A stretch of 64,000 nt of DNA from Terriglobia bacterium (GCA_965223005.1 CBDCVK010000010.1:1248001-1312000); one strand, 5' to 3'. Positions 19,036-29,769 are shown, counted from the stretch's first letter. Notes: generated from the sequence alone by a model not told the origin. Translations and numbers: made by a program.

Positions 19036-19566
19036 ATGTGGAAAACACGTAAAGAAGAAGCCACAACCAACGTGGCAAAGGAGGTGAGTCCTGTGGCTAC
19101 ACCCAGTGAACGGAGACCTTTCGAGCCAGAGCGGGAAGGATCGGCCCGCAGTGGCATGGCCTACATCGGCAAAACCGTCGTCGTAAAAGGAGAGCTGTCA
19201 GGAAGGGAGGACCTGTACCTTGATGGAGAAGTCGAAGGCACGGTGGAACTGCGAGACCACAACCTGACCGTCGGACCTAATGGCCGGGTCAAGGCCAACC
19301 TGCACGCCAAGGACATTACCATCATCGGCAAAGTGCAGGGGAACGTGCGCGCCATCGACAAGGTCGAGATCCGGAAGTCCGGATCGCTGATCGGCGATAT
19401 CATCACAGCCCGGCCCATCATCGAGGAGGGCGCCTACGTCAAGGGAAGCATTGAAACCCAGCGGGCCGAAGTGGCCCGGGCGGAGGCCAGGAAAGCGGAG
19501 ACGGCCGCCGCCGCTACCGCGCCATCGTCCTATGCCGGTCTCAGCACGGAAAAGAAGCTTCCTTGA
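19036..19566 (+). CDS. Bactofilin (polymer-forming cytoskeletal protein)
   Basis: IGKTVVVKGELSGREDLYLDGEVEG beta-helix repeats. Confidence 0.9.
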   Translation: MWKTRKEEATTNVAKEVSPVATPSERRPFEPEREGSARSGMAYIGKTVVVKGELSGREDLYLDGEVEGTVELRDHNLTVGPNGRVKANLHAKDITIIGKVQGNVRAIDKVEIRKSGSLIGDIITARPIIEEGAYVKGSIETQRAEVARAEARKAETAAAATAPSSYAGLSTEKKLP

Positions 19567-19644
19567 TCCTTCCGATCGGCCAGAACCGGACGCCACCGGC
19601 CCGGACGGCCCCGCAAGACCGAGCATGTGCCCTATGGGAAAGCG

Positions 19645-20304
19645 GTGACCCAGCTTACCGAAAACCTGAAGAGGCTGTTCAAGCCGGGCGAAGTGGAGCA
19701 ACCATGGCCTCCTCCTACCCCACCGCCTCAGCTGCGCCACAGCAGCGGGGTGCGCGAATTCTGCAGCGAACTGAAAGGGCAGCGAGGCTTGCGGGTGCTC
19801 GATGTGGGCGCGGCTTGCCAGGCCAACGTCAGTTTCTTCACTGGACTGGGCCACAAGATTTACACCGAAGACATTTACCCGGCGCTGGCCAGCAATGCCT
19901 ATCGCGTGCGCGGAGAGAAAGGCCGGTGGCGTTTCGACCCTCAGGCCTTTCTGGACAAGAACTTAAACTATCAGATGCTGCTGTTTGACGCCGTGCTGTG
20001 CTGGGACCTGCTGGACCGGGTGGAGGGAAGCGCAGTGCGGCCTCTGGTGGATCGCCTGCATTGGGTTCTGAAACCAGGCGGCGTGCTGCTCAGCTTCTTC
20101 CACACCGCAGAGCCGGGCGCTACTGTTCCTAGCTACCGCTACTTGATCCAGGGGGCAGAGACACTCGAGTTGCTGCCCCGCGGCCAGACCCCGTTGCGTC
20201 GCCCTCTGAACAACCGCAACATTGAAAAACTGTTCCGGACGTTCCACTCCATCAAGTTTTTCCTGGCGCGCGACAATCTACGCGAAGTCCTGATTATCCG
20301 CTGA
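19645..20304 (+). CDS. Class I SAM-dependent methyltransferase-like protein
   Basis: VLDVGAA, FDAVLCWD, LKPGG. Confidence 0.8.
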   Translation: MTQLTENLKRLFKPGEVEQPWPPPTPPPQLRHSSGVREFCSELKGQRGLRVLDVGAACQANVSFFTGLGHKIYTEDIYPALASNAYRVRGEKGRWRFDPQAFLDKNLNYQMLLFDAVLCWDLLDRVEGSAVRPLVDRLHWVLKPGGVLLSFFHTAEPGATVPSYRYLIQGAETLELLPRGQTPLRRPLNNRNIEKLFRTFHSIKFFLARDNLREVLIIR

Positions 20305-20449
20305 AACCTGAGCACGGACACCCCGGCTACGGAGTCGGCACAGGCTTGCAGCCAGTGCGGAAAAGACTTACTCTTCCAAAAACCAGAACACTCGGCCCAT
20401 GGGCCGAAGGGGTGCTGGGAAACCCTCAGAACCCAGGAGCGGCATAGGC

Positions 20450-22985
20450 ATGACGTCCAATCGATCGTTGCTATGTTGGGGGCTTTGCTGGCTGGCATTA
20501 ATCGTTGCCACGCCCGCGTTCGGGCAGTTCGACGACGCTAGCTTTTGCCTCTCACCACGGGCCCTGAATATTTCTGCTGTCGTGGGAGCTGCACCCACAC
20601 TCCATTTTGTTAGCGTCAACGAGGCCATCTGCCCTCTAGAGGAAGTGGATAGGGGCACCGCTAATCTTTCGGTGACTTACCTGAACGGAACAGGCTGGCT
20701 CAGCTCTCCGAACTCCTTCCTAATAGGGCCGGGTGAGGTGAACAGCGTCACCGTGACAGTTAATTATGCAGCCTTGCCGGGAGCCGGAGTGTATCAGGCA
20801 CTGATCAGCGGCATTCACACCGACACTCTCATCAGCGGCATTCACACCGACATGGGGGGGGAGACCGTTCAGTTCACCATTCCGGTCACGGTTACATTGG
20901 GCGGGCAGATCCAGGACATGAGCAAGTGTGTCTCTCCACGGACCCTGAATCTTTCCGCCATAGTGGGGGCTGCTCCCACACAGCATGTTATTGGCGTTAA
21001 CGAGGAAATCCCGGACTGCGCGGTTGAGCAGGCGTTCTTCTTTATTATTTCGGTCACTTACCTAAACAGAACAGGCTGGCTCAGCGTTCCGCCGTCCGTC
21101 ACGATCGCGCCAGGTCAGGCGAACACTATCCCCGTGACAGTTAGTTACGCGGCCTTGCCGGGGCCCGGAGTCTATCAGGCGCTCATCATCCTCTCCTTTT
21201 CCGAGCCGGATCCGGAGACGGGACTGACCGACCAAGCAACCATCCCGGTCGCGGTCACATTGAGTGAGTCGCGTGCCAGGCTGTCACTCAGCCGGACGGC
21301 GTTTCTGTTCCGGGTGGTGCAGGATGGGCCGGCTCCGCGGGCGCGGAGGCTGAGAGTGTACAACCCAGGAATAGGAATGTTGAACTGGTCTCTTTCCGGG
21401 CTTCCATCCTGGCTTACAGTTTTCCCGCTGTCGGGAACAAGTAACGCGGGCCAGAGTTCGGCGACCACGCTGACTGCCGACCCAACGGGATTGACTCCTG
21501 GCGTCTTCCAGGCGCTGGTGACCGTATCCGCGCCGGGAGCGGCTAATGATCCTCAACTGTTTTCAGTGACGCTCCTCGTGGCGCCGGCGGCTACACCCGC
21601 CTCCGCGGACATTAGTCCCCAGGGGCTGCTGTTTCTAGCCGAGCAGGGTGGCACGATGCCAGCAACCCAAGACCTGACCGTCAGCAACGCGGGAGCGGGA
21701 GCACTCACGGCTGATTTTGTGACTTCCACCAGTTCCGGCGGGGAGTGGCTGATGGTGACACCGTCCGGCGGGACCACGTCGCCGGGTCCGTTCACACTCC
21801 AGGTATCGGTGAATCCGGCGGCGCTGGCAGCCGGTGTCTACCGAGGCAACCTCACCGGCACGTTTTCCTCCGGGCCACAGCAGGAGGTAGCGGTCTTATT
21901 GGTCGTAACCCCTCCGGCTGCTGCGCTGCGGGCACAGGCGCTGGGTCTGCCCGGCGCGGCCCAGTGCGATCCGATGGGGCTTGAGCTGCTGGCTACCACC
22001 ATCGGCACCGGGCTGAGCCTGCCAGTTTCCTTCCCTCGAGTGCTCACGGCGCTGGTGGTGGACAACTGTGGCGGCAACGTGGCCAATGCCACGTTGGTGG
22101 CCAGCGTCGAGGGCCTGAACATCCCGCTGCTCTCGCTGGGTGATGGCTTCTACAGCGGCACGTGGACGCCGGTGAGCGCGGCGGACGAGGTTCTGGTCAC
22201 CTTTGCGGCGCTGCATCCCACCCTGACCAAGGCGCAGCGCTCTTTTACGGTGGAGACGGCAGCTGCGCCGGGGGGCGCCACTTTGCCGTTGTTGTTTGCC
22301 GACGGGGTGGTGGAAGGGGCCGGTTTCACGAAGCGGCGGCCGCTGTCTGGCGGCGGCATCATCTCCCTGTTCGGTGCGAGCTTTGCCACCGAGAACAACT
22401 TCGCCGGCTTCCCGCTCCCGCGGGAGCTGGCCGGGGTTAGCGTGCGGGTAGGAAACGAGGACGCGCCGCTGTTTTTCGTGGGCCCGGGGCAGATTAACGC
22501 GCAGCTGCCGTTTGAGGTGAGCACGGGCGACAGCGTTCCAGTCGCCATCACCGTGGACGGCTTGCTGACCGCGCCGCAGAACTACCTGATTGCTGCTGGG
22601 CAGCCAGGCATCTTCATTTCCGGCGAGAACGCCGCCATCCTGGACGCCTCGTTCCAGCTGGTGACAGCCCAGAACCCGGCGCGGGCCGGCGACACGATAC
22701 AGATCTTCTGCACCGGCTTGGGGGCGGTGGACGTGGCAGTGGAGACGGGAGCCCCGGGCCCCTCGTTCAGCACCGTCCTAGGTGCCGGTGACGGTGACCA
22801 TCGGAGAAATTGACGCCCCGGTGGTCTTCCAAGGACTGGCGCCCGGCTTTGTGGGGCTCTACCAAGTGAACGCCGTCGTACCCTCGGGCGTTCCGCTGGA
22901 CGCCGCCCCCTCGCTGGTTCTCACGCAGAACGGGATTGTCGCCAACCCCGACAGCACCGTTACCATCCCCTTACAAGCACCCTGA
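20450..22985 (+). CDS. Secreted BACON/Ig-repeat protein with TIGR03437-type C-terminal domain (apparent frameshift near 22781)
   Basis: WL-x-V-x-P repeats, QINAQLPF, GDTIQIFCTGLG; C-terminus GLAPGFVGLYQVN continues in another frame after one extra G. Confidence 0.8.
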
Positions 22986-23035
22986 GCCGGGGGCGCCGGG
23001 CCGCTGCCTGCGCCCTCGTGATAGAATCCAGGTGC

Positions 23036-23077
23036 GCCATGACAAACCTGCCATGATAAACCTGCCATGACAAACCT
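23036..23077 (+). repeat. 14-bp tandem repeat x3 spanning the purA start codon
   Basis: GCCATGACAAACCT GCCATGATAAACCT GCCATGACAAACCT. Confidence 0.95.
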
Positions 23078-24401
23078 GATTGTTGTGGGAACCCAGTGGG
23101 GCGACGAGGGCAAGGGCAAGGTGGTCGACCTGCTGGCCGAGAAATTTGATATCGTCGCCCGCTACCAGGGCGGCCATAACGCCGGCCACACGGTGCACCT
23201 GGGGGAGCAGAAGTTCATCCTCCAGTTGATCCCAGTGGCATCCTGCGCCCCAACAAGCTGGCGGTGATCGGCAACGGTGTGGTGCTGGACCCGGCCGCCC
23301 TGCTGGCGGAAATCGAGGCGCTGGAGCAGGCCGGGGTCCAGGTGAGCGGCCGGCTGTACATCAGCCACCGCGCCCAGATCGTCCTTCCTTACCACCGGAT
23401 GATGGAGAAGGCGGCCGAAAGCGCGCCGGGCAAGGCGCGCATCGGCACAACCTCGCGGGGTATCGGCCCCACCTACGAGGACAAGATGGGCCGGCGCGGC
23501 ATCCGGCTGGCCGACCTGCTGGATGCGGAGGTCGTTTGCCTGCCTGGTGGAGCTATGTGTGGCCGAGAAAAACCTGCTTGCCCAGGCGCTGAACTCACCG
23601 GATTCGGTGGATGCCCGCCAGATCGTGGAACAGTATCAGCAGTATGGGGAGCGGTTGCGTCCCCTGGCCGCTGATACTGCTGCGTTACTGGGCCGCGAGA
23701 TGGAGCGCGGCCGGTCGGTGTTATTCGAAGGCGCCCAGGGCACCATGCTGGACATTGACCACGGCACCTACCCGTTCGTCACCTCCTCCAACGCCACGGC
23801 CGGTGGCGCCTGCATCGGGCTGGGCGTGCCACCCACCCGCATCGGCCGAGTGGTGGGCGTTTCCAAAGCCTACACCACACGCGTCGGCGGCGGGCCCTTC
23901 CCCAGCGAGGCCCGCGGTCCGGACGGAGACAAGCTTCGCCAGCGCGGCGACGAGTTCGGCTCGGTTACCGGTCGGCCGCGCCGTTGCGGCTGGTTGGACC
24001 TGCCGGTGCTCCGCTACAGCCACATAATCAACGGGCTGGACTCGCTGGTCATCACCAAGCTGGACGTGCTCGACCATCTCGATGAGATTCCGGTCTGCGT
24101 CGGGTACCGCTACCGCGGAAGCGACTTGAACGAGATGCCCGCCCTGGCCCACGTGCTGGAACAGGTAGAGCCGGTGTATCGCATGCTGCCCGGGTGGCAC
24201 TGCCCCACTTTCGGCCTCAATTCCTACGAACAGCTGCCGCAGCGCGCCCTGGACTACCTGCACTTCCTCAGCGACAGCACCGGCGTGGAGGTCTCCCTGG
24301 TCTCCACAGGGCCGGATCGCGAGCAAACGGTTTGGATGCCAGGGATGAAATTCTCCGAGGAATGGAATCAGCAGGCGGCAGGTGCCGTCCCAGGTGAATG
24401 A
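23067..24401 (+). CDS. purA: Adenylosuccinate synthetase, split by two single-base frameshifts (probably sequence errors)
   Basis: [59 protein letters not shown]; indels near 23232 and 23530. Confidence 0.92.
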
Positions 24402-24484
24402 AGTCCGGAGCAGCAGGAACGCCGCCCGTAGTTGTTGACTACATCAGGTAGTTGTGTGACCACCTCCCGTAGTTGTGTAACCAC

Positions 24485-25759
24485 ATGATGCTGCGGTTCT
24501 CCGAAGCACGGCAAACAGTCCTGGACACAGTTTTGGACAAGGTGCGCCCCGAAAGGAGCAGGCCCGCGCAGGAAACCGTGGAGCTCTCGGCCGCAGCTGG
24601 CAGAGTTCTCGCTGAGCAGGTGATCACCGACCGAGATTATCCGCCGTTTGACCGCGCCACCCGGGATGGCTACGCCGTGCGCGCGGCCGACGTGGCCGCG
24701 CCGCCGGCGGAGCTGAAGCTGACGGGCGAGGTGCGCGCCGGCTGCGCCTTGAACGGCACCGTGCAGCCCGGTGAGTGCGTCTCCATCATGACCGGGGCGC
24801 CGGTACCGGCCGGCGCCGACGCAGTGGTGATGATCGAGTACACCGAGCAACTTGTTGAGCAGGAGCCGGCTGCCGCTCGCATCCAGATCCAGCGCAGCGT
24901 GCAAGTCGGCGAGAACCTGGTGCCACGCGGCTCGGAAGCGTCCTCTGGCGCTATGGTGCTGCCCGCCGGACGGCGACTGGGCTATGCCGAAATCGCCATG
25001 CTTGCCAGTGTCGGCTGCATCCGCGTCCCGGTGTTTCGCCGGCCCCAGGTGGCCATTCTGCCCACCGGGGACGAAGTGGTGGAATTGGACTGCCAGCCGC
25101 TTCCCTTCCAGATTCGCAACAGCAACAGCTACTCGTTGCGGGTGCAGGTTGCCGCCGCCGGCGGCCACCCGTGCCCGCTGCCCATCGCGCCCGATGAATA
25201 CGGACGGTTGCGCCAGTTGATCGAACAGGGGCTTGCGGCCGACCTACTGCTGCTCTCCGGGGGCGTCTCGGTGGGCAAATATGACCTGGTGGAGCAGGTA
25301 CTGCGTGATCTGGGGGCCGAGTTCTACTTCGATGCTGTTGCCATGAAACCGGGACGCCCATTGGTGTTTGGCCGGGCGGGAGGAGCATTTTTCTTCGGCC
25401 TGCCCGGAAACCCGCTTTCCACCATGGTGACCTTCGAGCTGTTTGCGCGACCAGCGCTCGACGTACTGTGCGGGGCCGAGCCGCCTCCACTGGTGTATCT
25501 GCGCGCTCGCCTCGAGCAACCGGTGCGACAGAAGCCCGGCCTGACGGCGTTCTTGCCAGCGGTCCTGGACCGGGCGGCGCCCGCCGCGCCCAACGAAGAG
25601 GTACGGAGCGATTTCTTGCCCGCTGTGCGGGTCGTGCCCTGGCAGGGCTCGGGCGACATTGCTGCGCTGGCTCGCGCCAATTGTTATCTGGTGGTTCCGG
25701 AAGACCGCGGAGAGCTAGCCGAAGGAGAGCTGGTTGGGGTGCTGCCCCGATCCCAGTAG
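24485..25759 (+). CDS. moeA: Molybdopterin molybdotransferase
   Basis: DGYAV, IMTGAPVP, TGDEV, SGGVSVG, KPGRP, GLPGNP. Confidence 0.93.
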   Translation: MMLRFSEARQTVLDTVLDKVRPERSRPAQETVELSAAAGRVLAEQVITDRDYPPFDRATRDGYAVRAADVAAPPAELKLTGEVRAGCALNGTVQPGECVSIMTGAPVPAGADAVVMIEYTEQLVEQEPAAARIQIQRSVQVGENLVPRGSEASSGAMVLPAGRRLGYAEIAMLASVGCIRVPVFRRPQVAILPTGDEVVELDCQPLPFQIRNSNSYSLRVQVAAAGGHPCPLPIAPDEYGRLRQLIEQGLAADLLLLSGGVSVGKYDLVEQVLRDLGAEFYFDAVAMKPGRPLVFGRAGGAFFFGLPGNPLSTMVTFELFARPALDVLCGAEPPPLVYLRARLEQPVRQKPGLTAFLPAVLDRAAPAAPNEEVRSDFLPAVRVVPWQGSGDIAALARANCYLVVPEDRGELAEGELVGVLPRSQ

Positions 25760-25784
25760 GCAGCCGCCCGTCGCAAAGCAGAAC

Positions 25785-26306
25785 ATGTCCAAACCGACGC
25801 ATTGGGACAAACAGGGGCGGGCACGCATGGTAGACGTCAGCAACAAGCCCGCCACCCGCCGCCAGGCGCGTGCCCGCGCCTTCCTTCGCATCTCCCCGCA
25901 GGCGCTGCGCCGCCTGCCGGAGAACCCCAAGGGTCACCCGCTGGAGGTCGCTCGCATTGCGGGAATCACAGCCGCCAAGCGGACCGCCGAGCTGATTCCC
26001 CTGTGCCACCCGCTGCCGCTGACCCACATTGATGTGGAGGCGCGCGTGTGCGACAATGGCGTCGAGTTGTTGTCGGCCGTCAGCACCACCGGAGGCACCG
26101 GAGTGGAGATGGAGGCGCTGACCGCGGTGGCAGTCGCTGCCCTGACCGTCTACGATATGTGCAAAGCGCTGGATCGCTCGATGGAAATCACCTCCGTCTG
26201 CCTGCTGGAGAAGAGCGGCGGCCGCAGCGGCACCTACCGGAGGGAAGGCCGGAGGGAAGGCCGGAGGGAAGGCCGGAGGGAAGGCCGGAGGAAACGGTGG
26301 CCGTAA
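25785..26306 (+). CDS. moaC: Cyclic pyranopterin monophosphate synthase
   Basis: MVDVSNK, LIPLCHP, GVEMEAL, YDMCKA, KSGG. Confidence 0.93.
   Translation: MSKPTHWDKQGRARMVDVSNKPATRRQARARAFLRISPQALRRLPENPKGHPLEVARIAGITAAKRTAELIPLCHPLPLTHIDVEARVCDNGVELLSAVSTTGGTGVEMEALTAVAVAALTVYDMCKALDRSMEITSVCLLEKSGGRSGTYRREGRREGRREGRREGRRKRWP
26237..26291 (+). repeat. 12-bp VNTR (CCGGAGGGAAGG) x4.6 in the moaC 3' end
   Basis: Direct reading; encodes REGR repeats. Confidence 0.95.
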
Positions 26307-27022
26307 AGATCCTACTGGTGGACGACAACGCACTGGTGCTGGACTTGATGCGCCGAGGGCTGGAAGCCCATGGGCAAGTAGAGGCTCTGAGCGACGGGAC
26401 CGACGCACTGTTGAAGGCGCTGGAGTCGCCTCCGGACCTGGTCATCAGCGACTACCGCATGGGCGGGCTGGACGGTCGCCAACTGCTGGAGAAACTACGC
26501 GCCAAGCCGCAAACCCAGAAAGTGCCTGTGGTCCTGCTGGCCACCAAGTCGGATGTGGATGAAAGACTGCAAGGGATTTCCGACCAGGTGGAGGACTTCT
26601 TCATCAAGCCCTTCTTCGTGCGCGACCTAACCAAGCGTGCCAAGCGGATTATTGACCGCATCCATCTGGAAAAGATACAGCGCGAGTCGGCTGCCCCCGG
26701 CGGCGGCTTCGCCGGCCGGCTGTCCGAAATGGGCATCATGGACCTGTTCCAGACCCTGGAAATGGGTCAGAAGACCTGTGCCCTGTCCGTCACCGGCCCC
26801 GACGACCGGGAGACGGCGATGATTTACTTCGCTGATGGACAAATTCACCACGCGCTGATGAATGACGTCAAAGGTGATGCCGTCATCAATCACATCGTGC
26901 ATTGGAACGACGGCGCCTTCCAACTGGACTTCACCGCGCGCAGCAACGAGCGGAGCACAACTTCCGGCACGCAAAGCCTGCTGATGGAAGCCCTCCGCCT
27001 GATGGACGAAGAGAGCATGTGA
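26297..27022 (+). CDS. Response regulator receiver + DUF4388 domain protein
   Basis: ILLVDD, DLVISD, KPF; GRLSEM..MDLFQ...IYFADG...W..G.F...LLMEALRLMDE. Confidence 0.85.
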   Translation: MAVKILLVDDNALVLDLMRRGLEAHGQVEALSDGTDALLKALESPPDLVISDYRMGGLDGRQLLEKLRAKPQTQKVPVVLLATKSDVDERLQGISDQVEDFFIKPFFVRDLTKRAKRIIDRIHLEKIQRESAAPGGGFAGRLSEMGIMDLFQTLEMGQKTCALSVTGPDDRETAMIYFADGQIHHALMNDVKGDAVINHIVHWNDGAFQLDFTARSNERSTTSGTQSLLMEALRLMDEESM

Positions 27023-27023
27023 G

Positions 27024-27500
27024 GTGCGCGCAGCCGTCCTGACTGTCAGCGATTCCTGCTACCGGGGCGAACGGCCCGACCGTTCGGGGGCCGAGGTGTC
27101 GGAGCGCCTGCGCGCTCTGGGGTGGGAGGTGCTGGAGCAGGGCATTGTGCCGGACGAGTCCGACGCCATTCTGCTGGCCCTGCAACAGTGGGCTACCCGC
27201 GACGACCTGGATGCCATTTTCACCGCCGGCGGCACCGGCGTCGCCCCGCGCGATGTAACCCCGGAGGCCACCCGCACGGTCATCGAGCGCGAGGTGCCCG
27301 GGCTGGCCGAACTGATGCGGGCAGAAGGGGTGAAGACCACCCACCGCGCGGCCCTCTCCCGCGCCGTGGCCGGAACCCGCGGCGCCATGCTGATTCTGAA
27401 CCTGCCCGGCAGCCCGCGCGGGGCCGTCGAATCTCTGGACGCGGTGGCCGATCTGCTGCCCCACGTGCTGGAACTGCTCCGCGGCGACTCTCCGCATTGA
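27024..27500 (+). CDS. Molybdopterin adenylyltransferase MogA/MoaB family
   Basis: TVSD, DRSG, GGTG, RDVTPEA, LSR, NLPGSP. Confidence 0.9.
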   Translation: MRAAVLTVSDSCYRGERPDRSGAEVSERLRALGWEVLEQGIVPDESDAILLALQQWATRDDLDAIFTAGGTGVAPRDVTPEATRTVIEREVPGLAELMRAEGVKTTHRAALSRAVAGTRGAMLILNLPGSPRGAVESLDAVADLLPHVLELLRGDSPH

Positions 27501-27550
27501 GGACCTGCACCATTCTGCGAACAAGAGCGCAAGTGACAAAAGCGCAAGTG

Positions 27551-28612
27551 ATGGACCCCTGGTGGCAACGAATCGCTGTAGGCCTCATCCTTGTCCTGGC
27601 GCTTCCCCTGGTGGCTGAGCAGACGGAGCTTCCCTGGCCGACCGGCCTGCGCAAGAAGGAAGCCCTGACCGGCCACATCGCTGCCATTGACAAGGACCAG
27701 ATGCTGGTCCGCTCGCTGGATTTCGGCGACGTGCTCTTCTGGGTGGACCAGCGCACAGTGGTCCGCGTGGATAAGTTCCGGTTGACCTTGGAGGACCTTC
27801 GGGTAGGTGATCCGGTCGCTGTCCGCCTGAAGAAGATCAAGAAGCGCGGCCCCTATGCCAAGGAAATCCTGCCCCACCCGGACGTGCGAGAGCGCAAGCT
27901 GCGTGGTGAGACTGAGGCGCCCGAGCTGCCGACGGTGGGCGGGCACGGCGGCTATATCCCGCCAGAAGGTTCTACACTGCCGCCGGGAGCACCGCCTGTT
28001 ACAGGCGCCACTGGGGAACCGGCTTCAGCGGACCCTGCATCGTCGTTCCCCACACTGCCCGCGGGCGCGCCCGGTGTGGTCGGCAGCGTGGTCGCGGTGT
28101 TTACTGACTCGCTGGAGGTGCGCGACACCGAAGACCAACCGCAGAAGGTGCTGTTGACCGGCATCACCCTCATCAAGCGCGCCGGCAGTGACACTATTCT
28201 GCGCGCGGTCGAGCCCGGCGACCGCGTGGCCATCGTCGGCGACCGGTTGGACACCGGCGAGTGGATTGCCCGCGCAGTGTTGGTGCAAAGGTCAAAGACC
28301 CCTGAGACCGCGCAACTAGAGGGGCGACCCGCCAGGGAGGCAGAAGAGGTTTTCCAGGGCGGGGTCGCCCGACTCTCCGGAGTCATTGTCGCGTTGGACG
28401 CCACCCCGGGCAACGAACAGATCCGGCTCCGCACCGAAAAAGGTGAACGCAGAGTACTGCTCACCGGCGGCACCGCAGTGCGCCGGATGGGCACCCGCAG
28501 CAGTCTGATCGCGTTGAAAGTCGGAGACGAGGTCAGCGTGGAGGGTGATGTGCTGCAAAACGGTCTGATGGTAGCCCGAGAAGTTACCGTCACCAAGCTC
28601 GCCGGCTCCTAG
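27551..28612 (+). CDS. Secreted DUF5666-like repeated OB-fold protein
   Basis: Signal peptide; three repeats with L-x-(V/P)GD-x-V. Confidence 0.7.
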   Translation: MDPWWQRIAVGLILVLALPLVAEQTELPWPTGLRKKEALTGHIAAIDKDQMLVRSLDFGDVLFWVDQRTVVRVDKFRLTLEDLRVGDPVAVRLKKIKKRGPYAKEILPHPDVRERKLRGETEAPELPTVGGHGGYIPPEGSTLPPGAPPVTGATGEPASADPASSFPTLPAGAPGVVGSVVAVFTDSLEVRDTEDQPQKVLLTGITLIKRAGSDTILRAVEPGDRVAIVGDRLDTGEWIARAVLVQRSKTPETAQLEGRPAREAEEVFQGGVARLSGVIVALDATPGNEQIRLRTEKGERRVLLTGGTAVRRMGTRSSLIALKVGDEVSVEGDVLQNGLMVAREVTVTKLAGS

Positions 28613-28656
28613 CAACTGGAAACAGAAAAAGTAAACGGAAAAATAAGAAAAGATCG

Positions 28657-28754
28657 ATCCGCAGATTTCGCAGATATCACAAGAACTCTGGATTTGGGGA
28701 GCGCACCGAGAGTTTTGGTGCCTGAAATCTTAGTAATCTGCGTAATCTGCGGAT
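28657..28754. repeat. REP-like inverted repeat ATCCGCAGATTTCGCAGAT...ATCTGCGTAATCTGCGGAT
   Basis: 18/19 inverted match in an intergenic region. Confidence 0.8.
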
Positions 28755-28877
28755 GGCGTTTGGTCATCCGGCGAAAAACTCCAGGCCGGCGAACGCGGGT
28801 TGGCGCGGAACGAATCGGCCCTCAGCTCAGGCGCCTCAGAGTGGCCCTACGAACTAGTCTGGAGATACAATAGTTAT

Positions 28878-29279
28878 ATGGCCGACACAAAAACTCCCAG
28901 TGACCGCTACGACGCGGAGCTGGTGAGGCGCCTAGCACGCGCACGGCAACAGGCGGCCGAAAGGCACCCGGAGGGGCTCTACGAGGAAGCCATCGAATCC
29001 CTCCAACACCCCGACGCCGCCGTTCGTCAGGAAGCTGTAGTCTTCTTGGGACGCCATCTCCGAAAGCGCGATGATGCCCAGGTGTTGCTGGAGATGGTGG
29101 CGGCGGATCCCAGCCCCGAGGTGCGCAAGTTGTCAGCCCAATGCCTCGGGGGAATCTTTCGCAGCACTCGCAATCGCCAAGTAAATGAGGTACTGGCGGA
29201 AGCCGCAAAAAACCCGGATGAGGATGCCGCGGTGCGCGCCACGGCATACGCGGCAATCCGGCACATCAATGGCTACTGA
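28878..29279 (+). CDS. HEAT repeat protein
   Basis: DAAVRQEAV..LG, DPSPEVR, DAAVRATA. Confidence 0.8.
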   Translation: MADTKTPSDRYDAELVRRLARARQQAAERHPEGLYEEAIESLQHPDAAVRQEAVVFLGRHLRKRDDAQVLLEMVAADPSPEVRKLSAQCLGGIFRSTRNRQVNEVLAEAAKNPDEDAAVRATAYAAIRHINGY

Positions 29280-29441
29280 GCGGCTACTGACTTGCCTCAG
29301 CCCCCTTGAATGCTGATGATTGACTGCCAGTAGCGTCCCAACTTCGCCGTGACAGACTGGCCGCGAATCGGTGTCTGCCGACGCCATTGACAAGCCCGCA
29401 GGCGCTCTTGATAATGAAAGATCCCGAGAGGAGGGACACGC

Positions 29442-29708
29442 GTGATCAAGCTCGACATCGTCAACGCGGTGGTAAACCGCACCGGCATCACCAAGACCAA
29501 GGCGGAGCAGGCCGTCGAAACCGTATTCGAAAGCATGAAGAAGGCTCTGGAGCGCGGCAACCGGATCGAGTTGCGCGGCTTTGGGGTCTTCAACGTGAAG
29601 CCGCGCAAAACAGGCATCGGGCGCAATCCCCGCACAGGCGACGTGGTCAACATTCCTCCAGGCAAGGCTGTTCGTTTCAAACCGGGCAAGGAGTTGCAGA
29701 CTCTCTAG
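29442..29708 (+). CDS. HU/IHF family DNA-binding protein
   Basis: IELRGFGVF, GRNPRTG, FKPGK; TTGACA-17-GATAAT at 29387-29415. Confidence 0.93.
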   Translation: MIKLDIVNAVVNRTGITKTKAEQAVETVFESMKKALERGNRIELRGFGVFNVKPRKTGIGRNPRTGDVVNIPPGKAVRFKPGKELQTL

Positions 29709-29769
29709 TCCTGTTCGTGCGCGCCGTCCCCCACCCGGCACCAAGGAGCTGAGCACCCCCCGTTACGGC

